A stretch of DNA of 61,641 bases, the filler included, from Asterionella formosa (taxonomy: Eukaryota): NCBI GenBank assembly GCA_002256025.1. It is 25 parts of 25 records of this genome, joined end to end, with 100 filler letters (N's around TTAATTAATTAA, not from the genome) between each part and the next. Parts side by side here need not be neighbours in the genome. Positions count along the whole stretch, not along the records: positions 49,431 to 51,793 come from NKIB01015374.1; positions 51,894 to 54,256 come from NKIB01015375.1; positions 54,357 to 56,719 come from NKIB01015376.1; positions 56,820 to 59,179 come from NKIB01015377.1; positions 59,280 to 61,641 come from NKIB01015378.1; 20 more parts are not named here. The stretch is one strand, 5' to 3'. The translations under genes and the position numbers were made by a program. Within the stretch, counting starts at the first letter, position 1; the number at the start of each line of letters is the position of its first letter. This document shows, piece by piece, positions 49,821-61,641 of this stretch. The notes below the pieces were generated by a model. The model was not told the origin of the DNA. It saw nothing but the letters and a program-made list of their open reading frames with translations, and did no database searches.

Positions 49821-51430
49821 TGTTGAGGGGAGCCTTATCATAGGTGAGTTACAATATTATGGCTATTCTATTGCTGTCATGACTGCATTGTTATTAGCAC
49901 TCACGCAAGTATCGTCTAATCTGGTGGTTACACCGGTATGTATCATACTTTGCACATATGGAATACCATATGTAGATATTAACACACCCTCACCAGCAGA
50001 TTCAGGCAGAAAAGTGGGAGGAGAAAGGCGAATAGAAGCAGAAGCCAGGCAAGCGTAGTAGTTAGATGGACCAGGGAGGGAAGGAGGACAATGGAGATAG
50101 CGTGGGCGCATCAAAGTATGATGGGAAGCAGGATGATGCTTTGTAAATAAATCGGCATGATTCAAACTACCCTTTTTCGAGTACTATATAAGGAAATGGC
50201 CCTGTCAAACCCGATTGTGGACCCAATAGAAATGCATATCCATAGCCTTGGAACATTTTTGGCGGATGGTGTCATTAGCGATACCGCTGGCAGTGCTAGC
50301 TATGATCAACGGTGACAACGGGAGTCGAAGGTTGAGGATGACCTAGTTCGGCCAGGATTTTGCGAATAGCATAAGCCTCCTTGCCATTGTGAAATAGGGC
50401 TGCCAGTTCAGCCTCGGCAGCACTAGATAGCAACTCCTTAAGAATTTGGCAGTGCACATAAAGCGCGCCATTAAGAGGAGGGATAGGATCTGCAGGGCAA
50501 GGCAAAGACATGGGTTTACAGCTGAGGAAGTGAATGTCGGCAGCACGGGAACAACCACACGTTTGAGAGAGATGAGAGGCATCGCTTTCGACATGGAGGA
50601 CCATGTCACTGGCAGTATATCGGAGAGTGGCTTCGGGGTTGGTTGCACAATAATTGAGAAAGTTGCGTGAAGGCAGTTAATGTGGCCATAGTAGGGGTTG
50701 TGGCTTGTTGTGTTGCCAATGTACTGAGGGCAGGCAGCATAGTGCAATCAATAGCATGGGCATAATAGAGGAGGGTACCAAGAAATTCCTGCACACGTTT
50801 TTTATCAAGGAGGTTGAGGACAGACATGACATCGGGAACAACAAATTGCTGGCGTGCACCATACTGCGGTGCAGTCCAGGCATGGGGAGCATGTTGTGGT
50901 CGTGTGGGTGGTGAATGGTCAAACCGTTGCAGTGCACGAGCAATGTAGCCAGGCATAGTAAGGACGACAGTGCGGTTTTCGTAATCCCACACCAGCGCAA
51001 GACCAATGTAACGGGAGCCAGTCCAATCAGTCGTGTGGCGGTATTTGGTGCATAGAGTGGTGAGGAGACGCTCCACATCACTGCGGTTTGTGTACCGCAC
51101 ACCGAAGTAATCGACAACAAGCATAAACATGAGATCACTGGTGGTATCTTTCCAGAGGCCAGGAGTGATGGCGGGGCAAGGGAGGTAATGATGCGGGAGC
51201 AAAAACTTTGCAAGTTGGTCATTGGCAAGCCTACCAGCCTGAGGCAGGCCGTACATGCCACGGCGTATTTCCGCGTAAACGTGACCATCGATGATCTTGT
51301 CGGCTAAGTTGTAGATGGATTGGATGTGAGAGGGGATCATCCATAAAGGGATGCAAAAGCACTTGTAGTCAGGTGGCGCGAGATGGCTTTCGAGATAAAA
51401 ATCCGATAAGTCAATGGTCCCCATTGGGTG
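49821..51430 (-). mobile_element. Degenerate Copia RT-RNase H with PPT and 164-bp 3' LTR (49984-49821)
   Basis: GMYGLPQAG, LVVDYFGV (degenerate VDD), SDASHLS, SSAAEAELAALF, KAMDMHFYW; PPT GGTGAGGGTG then TGTTAA...TCAACA; multiple frameshifts. Confidence 0.9.
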
Positions 51431-51893
51431 TGCTGATTGTACTTTTAAACAAACATTTAGGAGTAGTCAGATTAGCAGTCTTTGTTGTGACAGTACTCAT
51501 GTATAGCACACGATCGCCCCCAGCGGTCCAGCAAACGCATTGGGGGAGTGAGCGTGGGGACACTGCCAGGGGGGTTGCTGGTAGGGTTAGGGTTACCGAT
51601 GCCCTGGTGCTTAGGGTTAGGGGTAGGGATACGCACCCTTAGTGTTGGGGCAGCAAGCTTGGGGACTACGTGATTACGTTTTATAAAGTCTGAGACTTTA
51701 TAATACAGACAATGACTGATTATACTTTAGCTTGTCACAAGGCTGTCAAGAAGATTTGGCCAAATGCCGAATTTACATTTGGTATGTGCTCTTNNNNNNN
51801 NNNNNNNNNNNNNNNNNNNNNNNNNNNNNNNNNNNNNTTAATTAATTAANNNNNNNNNNNNNNNNNNNNNNNNNNNNNNNNNNNNNNNNNNNN

Positions 51894-52115
51894 TGAAGTA
51901 TTTCAAATAATTATGTGAAGGTGATCACGTAATATAGTGATGATCAGGAATGCATGCATGATACTCTGATCAAATAATGAACGTGATGTATTCAGATAAT
52001 ATATAGATATATTCAAGTAAAAATTTTGATGTATTCAACTAATTCATGTGATCCATACAAAATCAACTAGGCTTATTTACGTGATGGTCACTTCACGTAA
52101 TACGCGGCTTAGATG
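51894..52115. mobile_element. CATCTAAG-ended element terminus (copy 4)
   Basis: Begins inside the 22-bp array and matches 32257-32478; ends CTTAGATG. Confidence 0.88.
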
Positions 52116-53626
52116 CACCCATTGGAGAGGTATCCCCTTAAATGAGAATGCTTCCTATTTGACTGCCTTAATTTGCGTTTTTCCGTTGTGTTTGTACCGA
52201 GTTCATAGTGGTCTGGAAACTCATTCATTGGTGTGTGTAGGAGATTCCTGATATATCCTGCAAATATTGGTGAAATATTGCTTGTCCCCGAATTTTAGTT
52301 GTCTTAGTTGTGATTCAAGGAATATCAGCCTTGAGTCTTGATTGTATCCTATCCTTACCAATGTACATGTCAGTACATGTTCTGTAGTTTCATATTTCAT
52401 GCACTTCATCTGAGCTTTGCTAGCTACCTCTCAATATCCTCATTCCTAGTACTAGCATCCAAGATACTCTTCCATCTCTTTCTCGCTCTGCTGCCTTCTG
52501 AGACCATGCATCCATTATTTTTTGTCTCTCTTAACCTGCTTCGAAGCTGATTTGTCATGACCATTCTTTTTTTCTCACATTCTCCACCATACTCTAAGTG
52601 CCACATGGGCTCCTTGCCTGAGTCACAAACAATAACAAAATCTCCTTTTACTACTCTAAGAGCCAGCACATGGGCTCTTTGCCGGGTTCCCCTGTCCTAA
52701 ATTCACAATCCTGGCACTCTGGGACACCACAGTGCAACCCAAAGAACTCCACCATAGTCAAGGCTCTATAATGCGTACTTAAAATTTTCTTTGCAACTAA
52801 CTATAGGAAAAATGCTAAACCAACCCGGTTTTTACATAAGCTCAACAACATATGGCAAATGTTGCCTGTGTCTGCACATTACAAGTGCACCATGTGTACT
52901 GGTAAGTAAATTTGTCAGTGTACTACAAACATGACAATCGATTTTTCAGTCTTGCTTCCCTTGGATAACAACACATGGAGCAACAGTAGGCAGCTGGCAA
53001 TAATCATGCGGGTGGCCAGCAGCAAGCAAGGAAAGCTTTGGGGTCTCCAGCGTCTTTTTCATAGTAGTGAGGAATGCAATCAAATGAATGTTTTGGTGGT
53101 ATCTTCACCTGCTCATTGAGGATGACAAATGGCATCAGATTCAACAATCAACCAATCAATGACAATTAACCTCATAAACTCACTGGAATGAAGAGCAACA
53201 TTTTAGATGCTCTGTGAATCTAGAAGGATTCCAATTTAGTAGCACATTTGCCTCTAATTTACTAGCCATTGTAGTTATCACAATTCTTTTCATTTTCGCT
53301 GTTATAGTCTATCATTCACTGCAAACCAACATGGTGGAGGTGATGGATTGGTTGCCGTTACTATATTAACAACAATGCTGCTACCGCTTGTCAAGCTATG
53401 CATGGGGGGGGGTCTCAATGTTTCCATTTTTAATTGATATCAAAAACAATACCGTCATTACAATCTGGAAATTTTCATCCTTAAAGTATGATTCTTTTAC
53501 TACATGTTTCAAGTATGCATACTACGAACATACCTGAAAAATAATCAACTCTCAGCGCAACCTTTTCTGGCCATACATATAGTCGTTGCGTCGTAGCCAT
53601 GTACCGGTACCACCCTATCACCCATG

Positions 53627-54256
53627 TGAAGTATCTAACTAGAAGTAGTAGTATTTGTTGAATATATGAGCTTATTTGTTAATCCTTGTGTGTAACTCGT
53701 TCTCCAAGTCGACACCAAAGTATACAATGAGGGTTAGTCGAGTTCTCTCATTATTGAGTTCTGATACATATATGATATAACACTAACCCTATATACATCT
53801 GTATTGATGCGCAAGATCGCTCACTCTCCCACACCAAGGGAAAACCTTTTACCTTTGAAAAGGTTTGATGTAATGGATATTAATTCGTTCCGTTGTATGC
53901 ATAGTTTGTTGAAAAGTAACTGTACCATAGGATTCGATAGTGATGTAGGAATAACAATACGTCAAGTATCTCCTGGATTCTTTACAAAATACATGAAATG
54001 TATATGATGAAAATTGATAGAGGGAAAATTTAACAGATGTGTTTGGTTTGTTGATTGAGAATGAGATGAGTTGTTTGATTGAGAATCAATTGTATATCCA
54101 GCAATTGTCTATCATGTATTGAGTAATATTCCAGAGGATATTGAATATTGTCTGCCAAAATTGGATGATTGAGGGAACAGGTAAACAAAGGTTCATCATC
54201 TACTTCAATTGAGAAAGTAGAAATGGATGTTGATGCTGAAGATTTCGGTCCAATAT
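53627..54256 (-). mobile_element. Internally deleted Gypsy 3' end with 197-bp LTR (53823-53627)
   Basis: LTR, PPT and integrase tail match 13931-14231; beyond ~53928 the sequence matches the post-RNase H linker (~20705-21006), so the integrase core is missing. Confidence 0.85.
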
Positions 54257-54358
54257 NNNNNNNNNNNNNNNNNNNNNNNNNNNNNNNNNNNNNNNNNNNN
54301 TTAATTAATTAANNNNNNNNNNNNNNNNNNNNNNNNNNNNNNNNNNNNNNNNNNNNCT

Positions 54359-56719
54359 AAAGAGAAAGTAACAGTTCAACCAGAAGCTGAAGTCAATAAT
54401 GATGGATTAGATGATGATTTCTACAATGAAGATTTACTACCAGAAGGTTCAGACAACAAGGAAGATGATGACGACAAGGATAACTTAACCGCAGACACTG
54501 AAAAAGGAAAATCTACCTCAAGGAGTGATGAAATTTCTGACCTAGAAAAGAGAAATGTTTTGAAGCAACAGGCAAAGTTGGAACGAGAAATGAAGAAGTT
54601 GGACTCATCGTATAATCCAACTAAAAATGTTAAATTCACTTCAGACACTTCACTACCAAATGTGATTGAGGAGGAAGCTTCTTCGAATAAGGAAACTGAA
54701 GTAAATTTCGTATTCAATGCAAGTCTTGCATCGGACCCAGGTTTACCAAATAGTTATAATGAGGCAATGGTAAGACCTGATCGCAAAGAGTGGATGAAAG
54801 CTATAAAGAAAGAATTTGAAAACTTCCAAGCAAGAGGAGTGTGGAAAATAGTTAAGAGAAATGACGTGAACAAGAGAGCTCTTAAGACAAGATGGGTCTT
54901 CCGTATTAAGGAGGACGTGATAATCGGAAAGACAGTATACAAGGCACGGTTGGTTGTAAAGGGATATGAACAGATCCCGGGAGTTGATTTTACTGAAACA
55001 TTCGCTCCTGTTGCAAGTGATGCTACAATAAAAACTGTTCTGGCTGTTACTTTGTACTATGGTTAGATAGCGGAAGCAATTGACGTTGAAGCAGCGTTTC
55101 TAAATGCTGACGTCGACGAAGACATATATATTGAGCCCCCAGAAGGATTGACAGGGATCAATCAGAATATACATATCTGCAAATTAATTAAGGCTATGTA
55201 TGGAATTGTACAAGCTCCAAGATGCTGGTCCAAGACATTTGCGAAATGCGTCACCAGCAAGAAAGGTATAACGAAAAGTGAAATAGACCCAATGTTGTTT
55301 ATCTACCGTAACAACGATGGACAAATTGAAGGGCTGTTGGCAAACTACGTGGATGATGGAATTATTTGTGGTACCAGGAATGCAGTCGACTATATGAAAA
55401 ATATGATCAAGGAGGATTTTAATATCACGGAACAAGGTCCCCTACGAAAACACTTAGGTGTGGAATATATGCGCAAGCATGATAAATTTGGAGAATACTG
55501 GGAAGTACAGCTGAAGAAATTTCGTACTGAAATGCTACTGGAATATGAAATGCTTACTGGGAAGAAAATAAAGTCTTATGCGACACCAGGAGCACCAGGA
55601 AAAACATTAGGAGCCAATAATGGAGAAACTATTATGGAGGCGGAATATCGCAAGATTGTTGGGAAATTATTATGGTCTACTAAGAAAGATTCCCCGGACT
55701 GTGCCAATGCAGTACGTGAATTATCTTCGTATTTAAGCTGTCCAGGCGAAGAACACTGGGATGGAATTTCACGAGTTGTTGGATTCTTATCAAGCAAATT
55801 GGACAGAGTTCTCAAGATTCGAAAACCTAAGGAATTACGGGTTATTGCTTATGTTGATAGTGACTGGGCTGCTAATAAGGTAAGCCGGAAAAGTACTACG
55901 GGTTTTCTGGTTACCATTGGTGGTTCGTTGATCAGTTGGCAATCAAAGGGCCAGTCATCCGTTACGCTATCAAGCACAGAAGCAGAATACGTTGCAATGT
56001 CGCAATGTGCTCAAGAGATTAAATTTATTGCAATGTTACTCAACGAAGTGACAGGTGGCAAAAATATCCTACCAAGCATTTTACATGAGGATAATACAGG
56101 TGCAATATTCACAGCGAAGAATCAACAACTTGGAACAAGAACAAAACACATTGATATTAAGTTTCATCATGTCAAGAACATGATAGATGAGGGTGAGTTG
56201 CATATTGTTTTTCTAAGATCAGAAAACAATCCAGCAGACATTTTGACGAAGAATGTCAAAGAGCAGATTTTTACAAGGTTATCTGGACCCGTGCTGAGTG
56301 GTACAATTTTAGAACTTCTTGAACATGGTAACGAGGAGGATGTCAAGAATATAGCATCAATGGCTATAATGAGTCACAAGGACTGTGGACTCGACTATAG
56401 TCCAATGAGTCAAATGGTGCGTTCCCATGTCAAGAAGCTTGCTAACGAGATTGATGTCTTAGATCAATCAGAAGAAGGTTTACATCAACGAAAAGGGAAC
56501 ACGAAGAACAGGTTCTCGAAGTGTGATGAATGGGATTGAAACTTAGTTTTAGTTTAATCTTATAATTAAGAAACAGTGAGAATTGACAGAGTAAGGTCAA
56601 TAACGAAAACTAGCACGAAGGCTAGCAGCAGAAAGAAGATAACAATACTAGTGGTATAGCAGGTAAGTTCTACGTAAGAGGAACCCGTCAGACGGGAAGG
56701 AGTACGAGACCTTTCAACA
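54359..56719 (+). mobile_element. Copia RT-RNase H with a single nonsense codon (TAG 55064-55066), PPT and 3' LTR (56341-56719)
   Basis: YKARLVVKGYEQIPGVDF, IDVEAAFLN, YVDDG, YVDSDWA, SSTEAEY, TKHIDIKFH, NPADILTK all in one frame; GAGGAGGA then TGTCAAG...TCAACA. Confidence 0.95.
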
Positions 56720-56819
56720 NNNNNNNNNNNNNNNNNNNNNNNNNNNNNNNNNNNNNNNNNNNNTTAATTAATTAANNNNNNNNNNNNNNNNNNNNNNNNN
56801 NNNNNNNNNNNNNNNNNNN

Positions 56820-57048
56820 AGCAAAATTACATTACTTGAACTGGTACATTATCCTACCAAGAAATTCGAATACAGGAATCAAATAGAAACAATACATATA
56901 ATAATTAAATATATGTAGTCAAAAGGGTTACTATTTAAATTACAAAGGCATTTATCAAAATTATTAGATGATATAACGAAAAATTATGATCAGATGATCA
57001 CAATCCTATGATGCATCATGGAAATATGATAGTTTTTATTTGCAGATG
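56820..57048. mobile_element. CATCTGCAA-ended repeat terminus
   Basis: Matches 20041-20259; ends TTTATTTGCAGATG. Confidence 0.75.
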
Positions 57049-57225
57049 CACTTTTGGAAGAACTTCGACAGGAAATTGTTGCCATCGCCACAATTGATTC
57101 TGAAGAAAGCAATGATGATGTGGAGGACAAAACTTTGGCTTGTTGCTACATGATTGTAGAATATTGAAAAATCTAGTACATATTTTAGTGTTAATGATAG
57201 TCGATGTATTGTTATTTCCAGGAAC

Positions 57226-59179
57226 CTAAACTTGTAGAAGTGGATGCCCACCATTGCGACAATCCTTCATCATTTGGTTGATTATCTGGGAGACTGTTTT
57301 GTCAACACCATATGCTTCATAAATGCGGTCAATGGCTACATGAGCAGTATATCCAGCTCGAGCTAAGCGTGCCACTGCTTCCCACAAAACCTTGCACCGA
57401 CAATAGAGGCACTTTACACGCCCCCTTTCAACCCTTGTAAATAGCCTCGCAGGCTTTCAACCACCAATTCCCACTTCAAACTCCTGCCAGATTACAAAGA
57501 GGCAGTGTCTTTGGGGTCTTACTAAGACTGCTGTGGTATTTTGGCTCCACAACCATTACACCCACATCAAATCCGAATTCATTTTCGACTTGTAGTTCAT
57601 TGTCGTTTTGATTGTTATTCACTCCTAGAGCCTGAAATTCGAAATTTTCATCATTGAAAGTTGGGGGCGCAGCTGTAGGGGCGACCTTGAGACCATCAAC
57701 TTTAAACCTTTGCCCTGACATTCTTGTAAGGCGATTGAGACTTGTATTCAACTTCGTCATCCCCTTTTGCAAGCTGACTAGAGTACCACTATTTGCGCCT
57801 GCATCTCTTTCATGTCTCGTTGTGTTTCCTTCTGCAGTGAATACAGCCCAAGTACCTCATTCCTCTGCTGACCAGCTAGACGTCGTTGTGCTCCACCTGC
57901 CGGCTGTTCCCCTTGTGGTACCACCTTGCATACACCTTGATCGAGATCCGCACCAATTTCGTCAATATATACCTCACCTTCTGCACCAGTAATAATAATA
58001 GGAATTTTTTCCACTGGATTGGCAGCTGCTGGAAGGCGACGCACAAATGCGTATGCCGACCTGACACGCTGTCAGTGTATCTGGTAGGTAGCCCTGTAGG
58101 TGTGGCTCAAAAACGGCCCATAGCAGTGGCCGTGCTAGCGTCAATGCTACTTCACGTGGGAACTGCACGAGAATATTTGGAGCAACAGTTTCCAAAAGCC
58201 AATCATCAGTCCCACCGCAACTCTCTTTGAGCACATACTTACATGCTCCTCCAATACACAGGGCTGCTGCCACATTGGCCTCAGGATATGGAAGATCAAC
58301 ATCAATGTACGTGTCTACTTGCTTTGTGTGTCGTTTCCAGCGACCGCGGAAATCTATATCATCGCGGGAGCATCCATTCCTTCGTGCATGGGTTGAGGGA
58401 TATTTACGAAGGCTGTGTGTTCCAATTAATCCAATGATGCCAAGCTTGTTGAACTCACTACCTGACCAAACTTCATCTCGCAGGATACGATATGCCTTAT
58501 TTTTTGCATTCCGAGGATTATCGGTTCCAAGAGGAAAAACCCAGTCATTCTCCAATGAGCTGCCATTGGACATTCCTTCTGTCTCGAGGTGGATTGCCAA
58601 GTTAAGTAGTACACAATACTGTGGGTCCATTGCACCCATGAGGAATTGATCTGGTGCATCCCTCTCATCCTTGACATTCTTGGACCAACACAGCTGACAT
58701 ATCAGGGTAAAAGGAAAACGAAGATTGGGTTTCAAGTTTTCCTTCTTCAATTGGACACAATCGTCGATCCGGCCGACCATGTGGAATTGGAAGGAACATA
58801 GAGAAACCATCTGGTAGCGGCGGATACTGTCTTTGCATCGTCGAAGTGCATTTATTGTGTTGGTAAATTCTTGGGCTTCAAGTGGACGACGTGCTGCTGA
58901 TGCTTTTCCCTGCTTGCGGACCTCCTTTTTCTTTACAGCCTTGATTAGGTCAAGAACAAGCACAGATCTGGTTGGATTTCCACAGTTGATCATGACATTC
59001 CAAGTCGAGAGCCGGAGTGGCATGAAGTAGGACAATGCCTTCTTGTAATATTCCAATGAGGTTGATCTACCATATGTTGGATTGTCGTTTTGGCTTGGGT
59101 TTGGTTTACCATAAGTCTTCACAGCCATCCATTTGTATATGTGTTCAGGCTTGATGTCTGCTAGCTGCTCTAGACTAAA
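57226..59179 (-). mobile_element. Crypton-type tyrosine recombinase (CryptonS-like) with C-terminal DNA-binding domain; frameshifted
   Basis: Catalytic motifs QFHMVGRIDD (R), WSKNV (K), GTHSLRK (HxxR), RGRWK (W), VDTYID (Y); C-terminal LSKTPKTL..LWQEFEVGIGG.KPARLFT...AIDRIYEAYG in a shifted frame, ending TAG at 57226. Confidence 0.88.
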
Positions 59180-59279
59180 NNNNNNNNNNNNNNNNNNNNN
59201 NNNNNNNNNNNNNNNNNNNNNNNTTAATTAATTAANNNNNNNNNNNNNNNNNNNNNNNNNNNNNNNNNNNNNNNNNNNN

Positions 59280-61641
59280 AAACCTACGCCGTTCTAGCGC
59301 ATTCGCTGCTCCAAGCTTGCATGCTGTACTATCGCTAAAACACTCTAACGGCTAGTTAGTCCCCTGTACCGTATGACACGGTACGTTCATCCACGCGCCC
59401 ACACTGCACTGCAATATTCGTTCAGTCCCCTCGAATACATGGGAGATGAAACCAAACAAATATACAACTAAACATCGACCTGGATTCGGTGCCACACGTC
59501 ATTGCGTGCCCAGGAGGTAACCGGTGTCATAGGTTGTGACATCGCGATGAACCTTGGCTTCAATCTTCGACCCACTGTGATCCAACAGCCATCAATACAT
59601 GAACTTGTCGCACAAATACTCTCGTGTAATTTGGGATAATGGCTTCGTGAGCACATCAGCCAAATTCCATCTTCCTTTGTTACCCGAATCGTCCCTGCCG
59701 CCACAGCTTCTATCGCTCTGTGATACGCTATCGCATTATGTTTCTTTTTCAATGTCTATTCATCACCACCTCGTTGTCACAGAAAACGTTAGTCGGTCCA
59801 TCGATTGGGATTCCAAACAGTCTCAGCTTATACCTCAATGCCTCGATCAGTGCAACCGAGATTTTCAGTGCCACAAATTCGCTACCAAACATCGATGTTT
59901 TGACAGTGCTCTGTCGATTACTGTACCATATAATTGGAGCACGATTCACAAAAATCAGAATCCCGGTCTGCAAGCGCCTCGTCACCCGATTCCCCGCATG
60001 ATCCACATCCACAAAACAGTGAGTAGTTACAACGTTACCTCTGGGCTTGGGTGCGTCCCCTGGAATAGACTCCTGCGCTCCCCTGTAAAAGTCGTGCCAA
60101 TCGCATTTAACAAACCTGGACTCGTTTATATCGGGGTGTGTCGGATCAAAGATCAACGTCCTCTTGGGTTTCGCTTTCAAATATCCGAAAATGTGATATA
60201 CATTTAACAAACCTGGACTCGTTTATATCGGGGGGTGTCGGATCAAAGATCAACGTCCTCTTGGGTTTCGCTTTCAAATATCCGAACATATGATAAACCT
60301 GCTGCAAGTGTCCGCTTCTCGGCAACGCTAGGTGAGTAGATAACATAGAAACTTCCATAGCAATGTCTATTCGTCCAAGCTCCACTGCCCAGCGGAGCAC
60401 GCCGATCAATTCCTGGTAGTATCTCACGCCTTCAATCTTGAGTTCGGCAGAGGTATCCAGTTCCGGTCTATAATTCCCCTGCAATGGGGTAGTGCACCTC
60501 GTTGGAAGCCGCTGACCCGACTCGTCGAGTTTGAACTATACGTTTGCGATGGCTGCCTGGACATACTGCTCGGAAGTCATGGCCCAACACTCAACTCCGC
60601 CGACTATTTTCTGCATTACCTGGGCTCCCAGATAATTTTCCGGCTTCTCGACTTTATCGTCCTTCAATCTGAAGGTCGACTGTATCCCGCTCATAGTCGC
60701 TCTAGGCTGCGCTGAAATGCAAAGAATGTCATCAACATATACAAGAATCATTTCGTAATACTCAAACCCATCCGGTTTTACTGCCGGTCGAATTCATACA
60801 TCAGGGTCCCCTTTCGTGGGCAAGTAACCCAAATCATGGAGGGTTTCTGCGAGATGCGCTCTGAATGCCGCACCGCTAGATTTGAGCCCATACAGCGCTT
60901 TCTTTACCACAATGGTGGCTCCCGCTTCCGACCCAAATTCCGGCCCTGCAATGATGTAAATTTTCTATCTGCAATCTGCGGTTAGATAAGCATTTTGAAT
61001 ATCGCAAGCAAGAAGTTGTAAGTCGTTCAATGAAGCAACCAATAAGGCCATGTGCACTGAGTCCCTCGACACAACTGACGAATATGTCAGGGCTCCGGGC
61101 GTTTCCGTCTGGCTGCCGTCAGCAACTAGTCTCGTCTTACGCCGAAAGTTTTCGCCCATTTTGATGTCGAACACGAAATGACACCTTATCTTTTGGTACC
61201 CTGGCGGAAGGTCTCCCTCTCGCTTTTCCCACTTTTCAAATGCCGGTCGCACGTTTTTCGTTTCCTTGCAGATGGCGTCCCACCATAATGTGTTGCCATT
61301 GGCTTTATCAATCGTTAACGCCTCTTCGACGGACTTCGGTATCCGTATACCGTATTTATGAGTTCGCTGCCAATACTTAGACTTTACCTTTTCTAGGACT
61401 CGGTCCCGTTTCTTTAGAAGAGTCGGCACCCACCATGCGAACGCTGCCTCATCATCAATACGATTAGCAATTGAGTACTCCACCACCTGTATGGGGTACG
61501 ATTGCTTCATATCCTTAAGTGCTGAATGTTTTCCAAAAGTGCTTATGACAATGTTGGAAGATTGCTTTTTTGAGAGTTTCTGCCTCAAATTCTTAAGTCA
61601 AAGTCATGACATCCCCTTGTTCTGATGTGATCTCTGGAACT
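59280..61641 (-). mobile_element. CoDi-type Copia RT-RNase H, degenerate, with PPT and start of 3' LTR (59424 downward)
   Basis: KYWQRTHKYGI, TYSSVVSRDSV, CDIQNAYL, YVDDIL, FVDVDHAGN..TRR, FGSEFVA, KKKHNAIAYH; PPT CGAGGGGAC then TG; 97-bp internal tandem duplication at 60106-60290. Confidence 0.95.

Noticed and set aside
51580..51630. TTAGGG telomere-like repeats
   Set aside because: Only a few imperfect units, internal, adjoining a decayed Copia region
52200..53300. Possible decayed MULE/SWIM transposase (WCTCN...GNICH on the minus strand near 52850-52895)
   Set aside because: Needs a frameshift and has no supporting DDE motifs; too degenerate to call
2379..59279. Regularly spaced TTAATTAATTAA motif, and ORFs ending in X..LIN
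   Set aside because: Synthetic linker; these ORF ends and any cross-contig gene neighbourhoods are artefacts

Overview
This window is not one locus. It is 25 unrelated contigs of about 2.36-2.38 kb, roughly length-sorted and joined by 24 artificial 100-bp spacers (N44-TTAATTAATTAA-N44), so adjacency across a spacer means nothing. The content points to a repeat-rich diatom (stramenopile) nuclear genome. It has GT-AG introns, CoDi-type Copia and Gypsy LTR retrotransposons, two Crypton-type tyrosine-recombinase elements, PIF/Harbinger and Tc1/mariner-type elements, MITEs and satellites. Host genes or fragments include NAR1/NARF-like, a vacuolar sorting receptor, mTERF, a four-TM membrane protein and a PGRL1 fragment. 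The most interesting signals are: (1) a silaffin/cingulin-like biosilica protein with a signal peptide, RXL site, KXXK and Pro/Tyr/DDY repeats; (2) a recurring unclassified DNA-transposon family with 5'-CATCT termini, subterminal 21-22 bp arrays and probably an internal ~194-bp satellite, plus a likely excision footprint; (3) pervasive TA-CCGG-TA type footprints, supported by an empty/filled site pair and a complete CCG-ended MITE; (4) an intronless secreted lectin/Ig-like protein of bacterial appearance; and (5) an in-frame TGA at a probable conserved Cys in the PGRL1 fragment. All family assignments come from motif recognition by eye; no database searches were run.
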